Shown: piece by piece, positions 9,888 to 20,700 of the stretch
Position numbering within the stretch: position 1 is the first letter of the stretch
How the letters are laid out: each line of letters begins with the position of its first letter
Assembly (NCBI GenBank): GCA_963706595.1
Contig: OY970166.1
Location: 2,944,001 to 3,008,000, forward strand
Origin: an uncultured cyanobacterium
Lineage (GTDB): Bacteria > Cyanobacteriota > Cyanobacteriia > Cyanobacteriales > Nostocaceae
Length of the DNA: 64,000 bases
Direction of reading: 5' to 3'
Made by a program: the position numbers and the translations under genes
The notes under the pieces: generated by a model
Seen by the model: the letters and a program-made list of their open reading frames with translations, nothing else
Told to the model about the DNA's origin: nothing
Databases searched by the model: none

Positions 9888-12323
9888 ATGCGTATTTCTC
9901 TAAATTGGCTGCGGGAACTGGTAGAAATTAAACTTAGCCCGGAAGAATTGGCTGAAACCCTCACAATGGCTGGGTTTGAAGTAGAAGACATTGAAGACCG
10001 CCACACTTGGGCTAATGGTGTTGTTGTGGGTAAAGTGCTTGAGCGTCAACCCCACCCCAATGCTGATAAATTAAGTGTTTGTCAAGTGGATATCGGTGCA
10101 TCTGAGCCTTTAAATATTGTCTGCGGTGCGCCTAATGTCAAGGCTGATATTTATGTACCAGTGGCAACTACAGGCACTTATTTACCGAATATTGATTTAA
10201 AAATTAAACCGGCAAAGCTTCGCGGTGTCCCCTCTCAAGGGATGATTTGTTCTTTAAAGGAACTCGGTTTACCTACTGATGTAGACGGTATTCATATTTT
10301 TCCCCAGGAAAATCTGCCTTTGGGTAGTGATGTGCGTCCGTTATTAGGTTTAGATGATGTAATTTTAGATGTGACTGCAACTGCTAACCGTGCTGATGCT
10401 CTCTGTATGGTGGGGATAGCCAGGGAAGTTGCAGCTTTGACTGGTGGTAAGTTGAGTATTCCTACACCTGGTGCAACATCAGTGTTAAAAGGTGCGGCTC
10501 ATTTAGGATTAAAAATTGAGGATCAGCAAGCTTGTCCTGCTTATATTGGCACGGTGATTGAACAGGTGAAAATTGCCCCTTCTCCTGATTGGTTGCAACA
10601 GCGTTTACGGGCGGCTGGGGTGCGTCCTATAAATAACGTGGTAGATATTACTAACTATATTTTGTGGGAATGGGGACAACCACTACACGCTTTTGACAAA
10701 GACCGTTTAGAGTCTGTTACGGGTGGTGAAGGTTTAACAGTTGGTGTTCGCTTCGCCGGTTCTGGGGAATCTTTGAAAACTCTGGATGGACAAACGCGCA
10801 ATTTGTCAACCCAAAATTTGTTAATTACTGCTAATGATAAACCGGTTGCACTTGCAGGTGTAATGGGTGGAGAAGAAACGGAAGTTCATAGCGGTACTCA
10901 AAGCTTAGTTTTAGAAGCAGCATTGTTTGATTCTGTGGCTATTCGTCGTTCTTCTCGGAGTGTGGGGTTAAGAAGTGAGGCTTCTGGAAGATATGAGCGA
11001 GGAGTCAACCGGGCTGAGTTGGAAATCGCCTGTAATCGCGCTTTATCATTATTGAGTGAACTGGCTAATGGCGTAATTGTTCAACAGGAAATTGCTGATA
11101 CTCGCCCAGATTCATCTACTTGGAGTCGTTCTATTTCTCTGCGTTTAGACAGAGTTAATGAGGTGCTGGGGCCAGTGGATTTGGGCGAGGACACAGGAGA
11201 AGTCACTGAAGCTGATGTGGAGCGCATTCTCTCGGCGTTGGGTTGTCAGCTAACGGCTGCTGGTGAAGGAACTTGGACGGTGACAGTACCGCCTTATCGT
11301 TACCGCGATTTAGAACGGGAAATTGATTTAATTGAAGAAATAGCCCGGCTCTATGGTTATGACAATTTTTGTGATACTCTCCCAGAGAAGTCGGAAGCTG
11401 GTTATTTATCTTTAGAACAAGAGTTAATCCGCAAGGTACGCGCCTTTTTCAGGGCGGAAGGTTTAACGGAAGTTATCCATTATTCTTTGGTGAAACCTGG
11501 AAATGATCGTCAGGTGGTTTTGAGTAATCCGCTTTTTGTGGAATATTCGGCGTTGCGAACTGATTTGATTTCTGGTTTGATTGATGCTTTCCAATATAAT
11601 TTGGAGCAGGGAAATGGTTCGTTGAATGGTTTTGACCTGGGGCGGATTTTCTGGCAGGAAGAAGACGGTTTGCAAGAAACTGATGCGATCGCTGGTATTA
11701 TGGGAGGCGATCGCTCAATAGGCAAATGGTCAAAAGGTAGCAGTGAAAACCCGATGACTTGGTTTGATGCTAAAGGTATTTTAGAAAGCGTCTTCCAGCA
11801 ACTTAACTTAACGGTGGAATATCAACCCGATTGTCGCGATGAGCGTTTACATCCAGGACGCACGGCTTCTTTGTGGCTGGGTGGTAACAGACTGGGTATT
11901 TTTGGACAACTTCATCCCCAACTACGACAAGATAAAGGTTTACCGGATTCTGTCTATGTATTCCAGCTTGATCTAAATGTGCTGTTGGATGCACTTGATC
12001 AAGATGAAGTTATGGTTCCCAAATTCCATGCTTATTCTACCTATCCTGCAAGCGATCGCGATATTGCCTTTTTCGCCCCGGTGAAAATTTCGGTAGCGGA
12101 TATTGAAAAATCCATTAACAAAGCCGCAAAAGGACTGCTGGAATCTGTGGAATTATTCGATGAATATCGCGGTGAAAACGTACCAGATGGACAACGTAGT
12201 TTAGCATTTCGTTTAATTTATCGGTCAAGCGATCGCACTCTGACTGAGGCGGAAGTGGAACCTGTTCACAATAAAGTCCGTGAGGCTTTAGTGGAGAAAT
12301 TTGGCGTTAATCTCAGAAGTTAG
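9888..12323 (+). CDS. pheT: Phenylalanine-tRNA ligase beta subunit
   Basis: [40 protein letters not shown]-terminal FDX-ACB domain. Confidence 0.97.
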   Translation: MRISLNWLRELVEIKLSPEELAETLTMAGFEVEDIEDRHTWANGVVVGKVLERQPHPNADKLSVCQVDIGASEPLNIVCGAPNVKADIYVPVATTGTYLPNIDLKIKPAKLRGVPSQGMICSLKELGLPTDVDGIHIFPQENLPLGSDVRPLLGLDDVILDVTATANRADALCMVGIAREVAALTGGKLSIPTPGATSVLKGAAHLGLKIEDQQACPAYIGTVIEQVKIAPSPDWLQQRLRAAGVRPINNVVDITNYILWEWGQPLHAFDKDRLESVTGGEGLTVGVRFAGSGESLKTLDGQTRNLSTQNLLITANDKPVALAGVMGGEETEVHSGTQSLVLEAALFDSVAIRRSSRSVGLRSEASGRYERGVNRAELEIACNRALSLLSELANGVIVQQEIADTRPDSSTWSRSISLRLDRVNEVLGPVDLGEDTGEVTEADVERILSALGCQLTAAGEGTWTVTVPPYRYRDLEREIDLIEEIARLYGYDNFCDTLPEKSEAGYLSLEQELIRKVRAFFRAEGLTEVIHYSLVKPGNDRQVVLSNPLFVEYSALRTDLISGLIDAFQYNLEQGNGSLNGFDLGRIFWQEEDGLQETDAIAGIMGGDRSIGKWSKGSSENPMTWFDAKGILESVFQQLNLTVEYQPDCRDERLHPGRTASLWLGGNRLGIFGQLHPQLRQDKGLPDSVYVFQLDLNVLLDALDQDEVMVPKFHAYSTYPASDRDIAFFAPVKISVADIEKSINKAAKGLLESVELFDEYRGENVPDGQRSLAFRLIYRSSDRTLTEAEVEPVHNKVREALVEKFGVNLRS

Positions 12324-12354
12324 TTAATAGTAGTTTTAGATTTTGGGTTGAATA

Positions 12355-12460
12355 TATAGCGGTTATCAGTTAAGTCAGATACAAGAACCCCACCCCCAAC
12401 CCCCTCCCCGCAAGCGAGGAGGGGGCTATGATGTACTTAATTTAAGTGGATACCGCTATA
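12355..12460. mobile_element. 106-bp MITE type A (CCCCACCCCCAACCCCCTCCCCGCAAGCGAGGAGGGGG cargo)
   Basis: Five related copies in the window. Confidence 0.85.
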
Positions 12461-12603
12461 TCCAAAATCTAAAATTATTAGTGCGGGTGTATCTCATTTA
12501 GGTAAAATGTGCTGTAATTTTGCATGAATACTTAATAGGTCAAAATATATCGGTAAGGTTCTTTTATGCCGAAACCAAAACGCGAAAAATGATAAGATAA
12601 ACA

Positions 12604-12792
12604 ATGAAAGTTTCTGAAATTATCAAAATATTAGAAGCAGATGGATGGTATTTGTCGAGAACTAAAGGAAGTCATCGTCAATATAAACACCCTAATAAAC
12701 TGGGAACAGTTACTGTTCCTGGTAAACAGTCCAAAGATTTAGGAATTGGCACTCTTAAAAGTATTCTTAAACAAGCACAATTGGAGGAATGA
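12604..12792 (+). CDS. hicA: HicA-family mRNA interferase toxin
   Basis: ADGW...KGSHRQYKHP...VTVP...GTLKSILKQA. Confidence 0.92.
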   Translation: MKVSEIIKILEADGWYLSRTKGSHRQYKHPNKLGTVTVPGKQSKDLGIGTLKSILKQAQLEE

Positions 12793-13007
12793 TCATGCGT
12801 TATGCAATTATTATTGAAAAAGCTCCAGCAAACTATTCTGCTTACGTACCTGATTTACCTGGATGTGTGAGTGTTGGTGACACAATAGAAGAAGTTAAAC
12901 AAAATATTCAAGAAGCAATTGCTTTTCACTTAGAAGCATTAATAGAAGATGGATTAAACATTCCTCAACCGCAAACAGAATGTGATTATGTTGATGTAGC
13001 TGCATAA
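12789..13007 (+). CDS. hicB: HicB-family antitoxin (short form)
   Basis: YSAYVPDLPGCVSVGDTIEE; ATGA overlap with hicA. Confidence 0.92.
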   Translation: MIMRYAIIIEKAPANYSAYVPDLPGCVSVGDTIEEVKQNIQEAIAFHLEALIEDGLNIPQPQTECDYVDVAA

Positions 13008-13010
13008 TTC

Positions 13011-13097
13011 GTGATGTATAAGCAGTAATAATTAAACGCAGATGGACGCAGATAAACGCAGATAATTGTGTACTTTATTAGACTAGTAAATGCTATA
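13011..13097. mobile_element. Left-truncated type B MITE
   Basis: Matches 2246-2332. Confidence 0.7.
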
Positions 13098-13247
13098 ATC
13101 AGATAAATTTAGGTGCTGACACATTCCCTGAAACGTTTCTACAGGGGTTTGGACAACATCAAAAATCTTATTCATACTTCAAATCAGCAATGCCAACAGG
13201 AAATATACTAAACTCTTGGTAAATATCAAGAGGAGAGACAAGTAATC

Positions 13248-13517
13248 ATGGCGAAATTTATTATGTGGGGAAGTTACTGTGAGAACGTTCTGGAAAAACG
13301 CGCACCCTATCGTCAAGACCATTTAGACGGATTAGGAAAACAGAAAGAATCGGGTGTATTGATTACCCTTGGTCCCACAAAGGATAGTACCAAAGTCTTT
13401 GGCATTTACGAAGCTGAAGACGAAGCAACTGTACGCCAGTTGGTGGAAAATGACCCCTACTGGAAAAATGGTATCTGGACCGAATATTTCATCAAAGAGT
13501 GGATTCAAGCCTTTTAA
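13248..13517 (+). CDS. YciI family protein
   Basis: RAPYRQDHL, LGPT, ENDPYWKNG. Confidence 0.88.
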   Translation: MAKFIMWGSYCENVLEKRAPYRQDHLDGLGKQKESGVLITLGPTKDSTKVFGIYEAEDEATVRQLVENDPYWKNGIWTEYFIKEWIQAF

Positions 13518-13520
13518 CAG

Positions 13521-13548
13521 TTATCAGTTATCAGTTATCAGTTATCAG
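13521..13548. repeat. STRR (TTATCAG)x4
   Basis: Direct reading. Confidence 0.9.
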
Positions 13549-13672
13549 TCAGGAGACATAATTAGATTTCAGTGTCCCACTACATTGGTGTTAACTGATG
13601 ACTGTTGAATGTTCACTCAATAATATTGATACTCTTAACCTTTGCGTCTCTGCGCCTCTGCGTGATACAAAT

Positions 13673-14092
13673 TCATTCTAAAGAATTTGGTTCAATAAAC
13701 TGTTTATTGGCTCTCACGAAACAATTTCCTTGAGTTTTTCCTTGATTATTGACTATCTTTACCCGCAGCCAAGGATTACCCTGTGAATCCCGCACAATAG
13801 GTTCTTGAGAATTTTTTGCACCCGCATCGGCTTGGAGTAGCTCATTTGGTTGAAATTGCTTGAGAACTCGCTGATTTACTCCAGGGGTGCTACGGCAGTT
13901 TAGTTTACCACTACGAATATTAGTAAACCATGATAATAATACAGCTTGACTACCATCAGGAAATGTGGTGATGGCTGAATTGTAGTCACCTTGACGATTA
14001 GGGGTGGGTATTTGGCGTTGTTGGGCGAGGGAAGGTAGAGAAATCATACCAATTAAACTAGCGATCGCGATCGCTGCAACAGAACGAACCAT
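13673..14092 (-). CDS. Secreted hypothetical protein, SH3b-like
   Basis: Signal peptide; LNCRSTPG...GNPWLRV...CFVRAN. Confidence 0.65.
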   Translation of the reverse strand: MVRSVAAIAIASLIGMISLPSLAQQRQIPTPNRQGDYNSAITTFPDGSQAVLLSWFTNIRSGKLNCRSTPGVNQRVLKQFQPNELLQADAGAKNSQEPIVRDSQGNPWLRVKIVNNQGKTQGNCFVRANKQFIEPNSLE

Positions 14093-14202
14093 AATTTAAG
14101 CTCCCAAAGTCTGAGATGTATGACCACAAACCAGGGAGCATTAATTTCGGAAACCAAAGCCTCCTGAACAAAACCCCATCTTTTAATTATGAGGATTTCC
14201 CC

Positions 14203-14231
14203 TTTGACTTTTGACTTTTGACTTTTGACTT
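14203..14231. repeat. STRR (TTTTGAC)x~4
   Basis: Direct reading. Confidence 0.85.
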
Positions 14232-14244
14232 CCGCGCAGCGGCG

Positions 14245-14436
14245 TTAGCCTTTTAACGCCTTTCTAAAATTGCGGCGATATGATTTATTCGCAATAATTA
14301 AAGCAGGCCATAGCAATGATAAACCGAGGCGATTAGGTAAAGTTTGACTAAAATTAGTTCGTTCAAATCCAGTCCATAACTTCCAAACACCACCTACATA
14401 AACCACCAAAAGACCGAAAATAATTAACTTAATCAT
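14245..14436 (-). CDS. Small membrane protein, conserved-hypothetical type
   Basis: Two hydrophobic segments, GGGAG RBS. Confidence 0.7.
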   Translation of the reverse strand: MIKLIIFGLLVVYVGGVWKLWTGFERTNFSQTLPNRLGLSLLWPALIIANKSYRRNFRKALKG

Positions 14437-14982
14437 TTTTATTGACTCCCTTAGTAACTGACAGTACTTAAGTTAAGTGTTATTACACTATTGAGATTAT
14501 GCAGTACCTACGCTGATTAAAGATGACTAAATTCTTCATTACTTCCACACCTTTATTTATAAATACATTCTTTGATTTTAGAGTAAAGGACATTCCTGTA
14601 TTGCAGCTAGTCAGCTTTTACCAAAATGGAGTATCTATTGCCACAATAGAACATATCACCCAGAAACACCAATTAAACAACAAAATGTCAAAAAAATGTC
14701 TTTTTCAGGCTTGTTGTGCCTTGTTTCCTGAAAGTTTCTAGGCCAAGAGTAAGTCACTCATACCAAACAAGTGCGCTTCAGGGCTACTCAAAGGCAGTTT
14801 TTTATCTTGATTGTCTCCGAACATACACGTTAAAGTAATGAGTAGATTTGCTTATTTCATAGCAGATGCTTCTTAGGTAAGTTACTCAAATCCCAATATC
14901 CATAGCAGACTAAAGAAAGAAGATACAACACACTCTCACGGGTCTGTAAGCAGCATAAGCTGTAAATAGCTAAGGAGAATTT

Positions 14983-17511
14983 ATGCGTGCAGTACTGATG
15001 GCTGGCGGTTCAGGAACACGGCTTCGACCGTTAACTTGTGATTTGCCTAAACCGATGGTTCCTATTCTCAATCGGCCTATTGCCGAACATATCATCAATC
15101 TGCTCAAGCGGCATCAAATCACAGAAGTTATTGCGACATTACATTATCTACCGGATGTCCTGCGAGACTACTTTCAAGATGGTAGCGATTTTGGCGTGCA
15201 GATGACCTATGCTGTGGAGGAAGACCAGCCTCTAGGCACAGCCGGCTGTGTGAAAAATATTGCCGAACTTTTAGATGAAACATTTTTAGTGATTAGCGGC
15301 GATAGTATCACAGATTTTGACCTGACAGCTGCGATCGCCTTTCATAAACAAAAACAAGCCAAAGCCACTTTAGTTTTAACCAGAGTTCCCAACCCAGTGG
15401 AATTTGGGGTGGTAATTACCGATGAGCAAGGACATATTAATCGCTTTTTAGAAAAACCCTCTAGCAGTGAAATTTTTTCCGATACCGTCAACACTGGTAT
15501 TTATATTCTAGAACCAGAAGTATTAGATTATCTGCCATCTAACACTGAAAGCGACTTCTCCAAAGACTTATTTCCCTTGATGCTGGAAAAAGGCGAAGCT
15601 CTATATGGTTACATTGCTCACGGATACTGGTGTGATGTCGGTCACTTAGATGCCTATCGTGAGGCTCAGTATGATGCCTTAGATCGGAAAGTCAAACTCG
15701 ATGTTGCTTATAAAGAAGTTTCGCCGAATTTGTGGGTAGGACAAAATACGTTTATCGCCCCTACAGCCAGTATTGAAACTCCCGCCGTGATTGGTGATAA
15801 TTGCCGCATTGGGGCGAGAGTCCAGATTGAAGCGGGAACCATTATTGGGGATAATGTCACCATTGGCGCTGATGCTAACCTGAAGCGACCAATTTTGTGG
15901 AATGGGTCAATTATTGGCGATGAAGCACATCTGAGCGCTTGCGTCATTTCTCGTGGGACGCGTGTAGACCGTCGCGCTCATGTCTTAGAAGCGGCTGTAG
16001 TGGGTTCCCTGTCTACTATTGGCGAAGAAGCCCAAATTAGTCCGAATGTGCGGGTTTGGCCGAGTAAAAAGATTGAATCAGGGGCAATTCTCAACATTAA
16101 CTTGATTTGGGGTAACACTGCTCAAAGAAATTTATTTGGTCAACGTGGTGTCCAAGGTTTAGCCAATATTGACATCACTCCAGAATTTGCTGTGAAGTTA
16201 GGATCTGCTTATGGTTCCACCTTGAAACCCGGTTGTAAGGTCACTGTTTCCCGTGACCAACGTAATGTTTCGCGCATGGTGACTCGCTCGTTAATTGCTG
16301 GTTTAATGTCTGTAGGGATTGATATTCAAAACCTCGATGCGACAGCGATTCCCATAGCGCGGACGGTGATACCGACAATGTTTGTGGCTGGTGGAATTCA
16401 TGTGCGGGTACACCCGGATCGCCCTGATTATATCCTGATTGAATTTATGGATGCTAAGGGGATTAATATCACTAAAGCTCTGGAGAAGAAAATTGAAGGA
16501 GCTTATTTTAAAGAAGATATGCGGCGATCGCAAATTCATGAAATTGGCGATGTGGCTTATCCTAGCCAAGTCATGGAACGCTACTGCACAGCCTTTGAAA
16601 AGCTGTTAAATGTAGATACTCTCCGCAACAGTCGGGCAAAAGTCGTAATTGACTATGTTTATGCGGTGTCTGGCGCAGTTTTACCGTTAATGTTAGATAA
16701 ATTTGGCGCTGATGCGGTAGTGCTGAATGCGAGTGTAAATAAATCGGCGATGTCAGTGACTGATCGGGAAGCATTGCTGACTCAGCTAGGTCATGTAGTG
16801 GAGGCGTTGAAAGCTAACTTTGGTGTGCAAGTATCGGCGAATGGGGAACAACTGATTTTAGTTGATGAGTCAGGCTTTGCGATTCGGGGGGAGATTTTGA
16901 CCGCACTGATGGTAGACATGATTTTAACATCTAACCCCAGAGGCACGGTAGTTGTCCCGGTTCATGCTTCCAGTGCTGTGGAACAAGTCGCCCGTCGTCA
17001 TGATGGTCGGGTAATTCGCACTAAAGCCAATCCCACAGCTTTGATGGAAGCTTCTCAGAAAAATCCCAATGTGGTGTTAGGAGGTAGTGGAGAAACTGGT
17101 TTTATTTTCCCACACCTGCATCCGGGATTTGATTCGATGTTCTGCATTGCGAAGTTAATTGAGATGCTGACAATTCAAGAGCGATCGCTTGCTACAGCCC
17201 GTTCAGAATTACCCCGTGTAGTTCACAAAAGTTATACAGTTCGTTGTCCTTGGACTGCTAAGGGGGCGCTAATGCGTTATTTAGTCGAAACACACCCAGC
17301 CCAAAATTTAGAGTTAATTGATGGGGTGAAAATTTGCCAACCTTATGATGATAGTTGGCTATTAGTTCTACCTGATGCTAGTGAACCTTTAGTACATTTA
17401 TATGCGAATAGTAATGATCGCGATTGGGTAGATGAAACTTTGAGGAACTACCGCACCCGTGTTCAAACCTTTGTGGAAAGACAACAAGAATACCAACCAG
17501 CAGAAGTGTAA
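14983..17511 (+). CDS. Mannose-1-phosphate guanylyltransferase / phosphomannomutase-like fusion
   Basis: [12 protein letters not shown]...PKPM, hexapeptide repeats, C-terminal PGM/PMM-like domain. Confidence 0.92.
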   Translation: MRAVLMAGGSGTRLRPLTCDLPKPMVPILNRPIAEHIINLLKRHQITEVIATLHYLPDVLRDYFQDGSDFGVQMTYAVEEDQPLGTAGCVKNIAELLDETFLVISGDSITDFDLTAAIAFHKQKQAKATLVLTRVPNPVEFGVVITDEQGHINRFLEKPSSSEIFSDTVNTGIYILEPEVLDYLPSNTESDFSKDLFPLMLEKGEALYGYIAHGYWCDVGHLDAYREAQYDALDRKVKLDVAYKEVSPNLWVGQNTFIAPTASIETPAVIGDNCRIGARVQIEAGTIIGDNVTIGADANLKRPILWNGSIIGDEAHLSACVISRGTRVDRRAHVLEAAVVGSLSTIGEEAQISPNVRVWPSKKIESGAILNINLIWGNTAQRNLFGQRGVQGLANIDITPEFAVKLGSAYGSTLKPGCKVTVSRDQRNVSRMVTRSLIAGLMSVGIDIQNLDATAIPIARTVIPTMFVAGGIHVRVHPDRPDYILIEFMDAKGINITKALEKKIEGAYFKEDMRRSQIHEIGDVAYPSQVMERYCTAFEKLLNVDTLRNSRAKVVIDYVYAVSGAVLPLMLDKFGADAVVLNASVNKSAMSVTDREALLTQLGHVVEALKANFGVQVSANGEQLILVDESGFAIRGEILTALMVDMILTSNPRGTVVVPVHASSAVEQVARRHDGRVIRTKANPTALMEASQKNPNVVLGGSGETGFIFPHLHPGFDSMFCIAKLIEMLTIQERSLATARSELPRVVHKSYTVRCPWTAKGALMRYLVETHPAQNLELIDGVKICQPYDDSWLLVLPDASEPLVHLYANSNDRDWVDETLRNYRTRVQTFVERQQEYQPAEV

Positions 17512-17788
17512 ATTTAGCGAATCTTTATAGGGTGGGTTTCCCGCCCTTCATCAACTTAACGTCATCATATCAAGTCCGCTTGAATACTTACAAAACGCTA
17601 AAACCTGCCAAATCTTTGAGTTATCTCCCCTCCTCGCTTGCCTACCGTGTACACACATCCTGATCCAAAAAGGGTTTTCAGCCCTACAAACCGAATTTCA
17701 CTGTAAATCCGGTTCCCCTCCTCGCTTGCGGGGAGGGGCTAGGGGTGGGGTCTTATGACACAAACGAGAATTTACCGACTTCAACTAA

Positions 17789-20700
17789 TTAAACTGACAT
17801 GATATCATTTTTACCATTTTCAAATCTATATTCACGATTGTAGTTATCATCTGGATCATAACCAATATCGCCCACAAAACAGAAGGATCTGACTAAATTA
17901 AAGGTTCTAGTTTCAAAATAAAATTCTTCTCGTGGGGACATTTTGAGAAAGTCGTTTTTAAACTTCTTCCATTCCCTTTTGTTATGTATATCCATTAATT
18001 TATCGTGATTTTTTAAGCGTTCTAGCCAAATATCTTTTTCAATTATTAGCGTGTTTTCATCTGTTTCTTCAAATTCTAAATAAATCTCTTCTAATAGTTT
18101 TCGCATTTCCTGGGGATATCGACCAGCTAAAGCTAAAAATGCAATTAATGTTTGCTTGTATTCTGGACTTGGTTCTTCTTTCCAAGTTTTATCATTCTCT
18201 ACTGGAGTCCAGATTATTTTAATGATTTTGCAAATATTAATCAGTCGTTTTGCAGTTCTGGGAGTTAAATCAACGTGCTGACAAGCTTCTGATATCCATT
18301 TAAATTCCTCAGCAGTAAATCTTTCAAAACTAACTAATGGATCTGTATTTGCAGAATGTTGGATTTTTGTATTGTTTTTTTCTAAATTAGATTCTCTATT
18401 GTTGGGTTGAGAAATACCTTTAACAACTGAGTTTTTAGTAGGAGTAGGTACTGGTAAATTAAAATCTTCCTCTGTTGGTTCTTCAGTATCAACAGGTATT
18501 TCTGCAATTTCATTTTGATATGATTGTTCGGGGAATTGTTCTACAATGCTACTTTCATCAGTTAGTTCTTGTAAGGGGATAAAATCTTCTCCGGTTGTTT
18601 GTTCTAAAAATGTATTTTCATTAGTTACTTGTTGGAACATTGCGAAACTTTCTGAGTTGTCTGGTGTAAAATCCTCTTCAACATCTACCAAAGATTTTAA
18701 ATAACTCGCTGTCACATCCTTACTAATTGGTCGCATTCTGTAGGGAAGTTGGATAATTTTCTCTATATAGTCAACACCACAGGGAGTACCACCACGTTTT
18801 AACACACCTTTGTAAGTGTGTTCTAAAGCCCGACCAATATAACGGTCATCTATTGCTAAAACAATGATAAAAAGTTCTGTATTTAGCAATAATTGCACAG
18901 CTTCTAAAACTTGTACAACTCTATCAGGAGGACAACGATCTAAATCGTCTATATATAAAACTATTCTCGCCGGACCTCTAGGAAAATATTCTTTAAGGAC
19001 TTTAAGTTTTTCAGGATTTGTATTTCCTGATTTATAGCTTAAATGTTCAGATAAATCTGCCAAATCATCTTGAATTTGATGCATTAAACCGAGCATTTTT
19101 TGATAAGAATCTTCTTCCAAACGGTTATTGACAAAATCCACTAAAGATGTATATTGAGCAGTTAAACCAACACGCTGTTTTTGTCGTTCTACCTGTGCTT
19201 GCAGTTTTTCGATTTCCTGCTGTTTTTCAGTTAGTTCTTCTTTCACTGTTTCCTTTTCTTTATAAACTTGATCTTTCTGTTGTTTAAAATTTTTCTCGTC
19301 AATTTTAGCCTTAATTTTCTGAGCCTTCTCAGCAGCTAGTTTCTGTTTCTCCTGTTCTACGCTTTCTTTTGCTACTTTAAACAATCTGCGAATTTTAGTT
19401 TGAAAAGACCGGATTTTTGTAGATATTTCAACTCCGATACCGATAGCGGGAATTGTGAAAACTGTGGTTAACCAAAATTTTAACCACGAACCTATTTGTT
19501 CTATTAATGGTAAGGCATTAGATAAAATATAAGCAATAACATAATAAAATATAAATGGTAAAGACGTTGCAGCTACAAATATGAATATTATTTTTGGTTC
19601 TTTTTTAATAAACTCAATTAAACCAACTATTTTACTAGGTTGTTCTTCTACATAATTCTTAAGCCTCCCGGATTTTTGAATAATATCCTCTATCGTGCTA
19701 TCTTTGTTTTTAATCAATTTTTCAACTTGATCAATTAGATTCGATTCCTCTAATTTGTCTAACTCTTTAACAATCGGAATTTGCGCTTCCAAATTTTCTC
19801 GATTTTCAAATCCGTAGTAATTGAGAAAATCTTTAAAAATAGAATCACCAAAGTCATCTTTACGCAGTTCTTTGAGTTGAGTTAAAAAGACAATGACTAT
19901 AGATGTATTTTCAAATTCTTGATTTATTTTCCTTTCTATTTTTTCTGTTTCTTTATCAATATTATCCTCGATATCTGCAATTTTTTTCTCAAATTTACGC
20001 TCAATGTCTTGAATTTCATTTTTTACTTCTGCTTCTAAGCTTTGTAATTCTTTTTCCGTGAGTTTTAGCTTCTCCTGTTCTTCTTGTCTAACTTGAGTGA
20101 GAATATCCCAAAGGGCATTACCATCTGCATTTTTATCTTTTAAATTATCAAATACTTCCTGACTTAATTCCGACTCTAATATTGCCTTTCTATCACTATC
20201 ACTCATCTGATTTAGGACACCCCAAACGTCACCTCCAGCCAGCAAATCAGAAACTTTACTTAACTGCTGTTCTAAAGTTAATTGACGGTCAAGTTGATCA
20301 AAAATAGTCTGGATTAAACTTGCCCACAGGTCAGACTTTGCATAACTCCAGGCATTAAATTTGATTTGGTAAACATGACCAACATACGGGGAAAGATGCG
20401 CTTCATCTCCCTTATCACCCCAGGTCTGTTTTGCAGTTAGCTTTTGACAGCGAATTTTGGTAATTTGTTTTTCTATGAGGTGCATACCAAAAGATTTACC
20501 GCTACCCCAACTGCCTAAAATCGCCACTGCTAAAGGAGGTTCAAGACTCCGCAACATCAACACATCAGCCAAAGATTGCAGTTCTTTAGCCACATCTAGA
20601 GAGTCTTCACCTGTCGGTTGGTCATTGCGGAAAGCTTGGGGAACACGACGAATATTAAACCCTTCCCAACGCCAGATTTTGATACCATTTAGACCAGCAC

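Noticed and set aside
14454..14467. NtcA box GTA-N8-TAC
   Set aside because: A short match expected by chance, without convincing promoter geometry
14523..14741. 72-aa ORF
   Set aside because: No RBS or recognisable motif; AT-rich divergent promoter region
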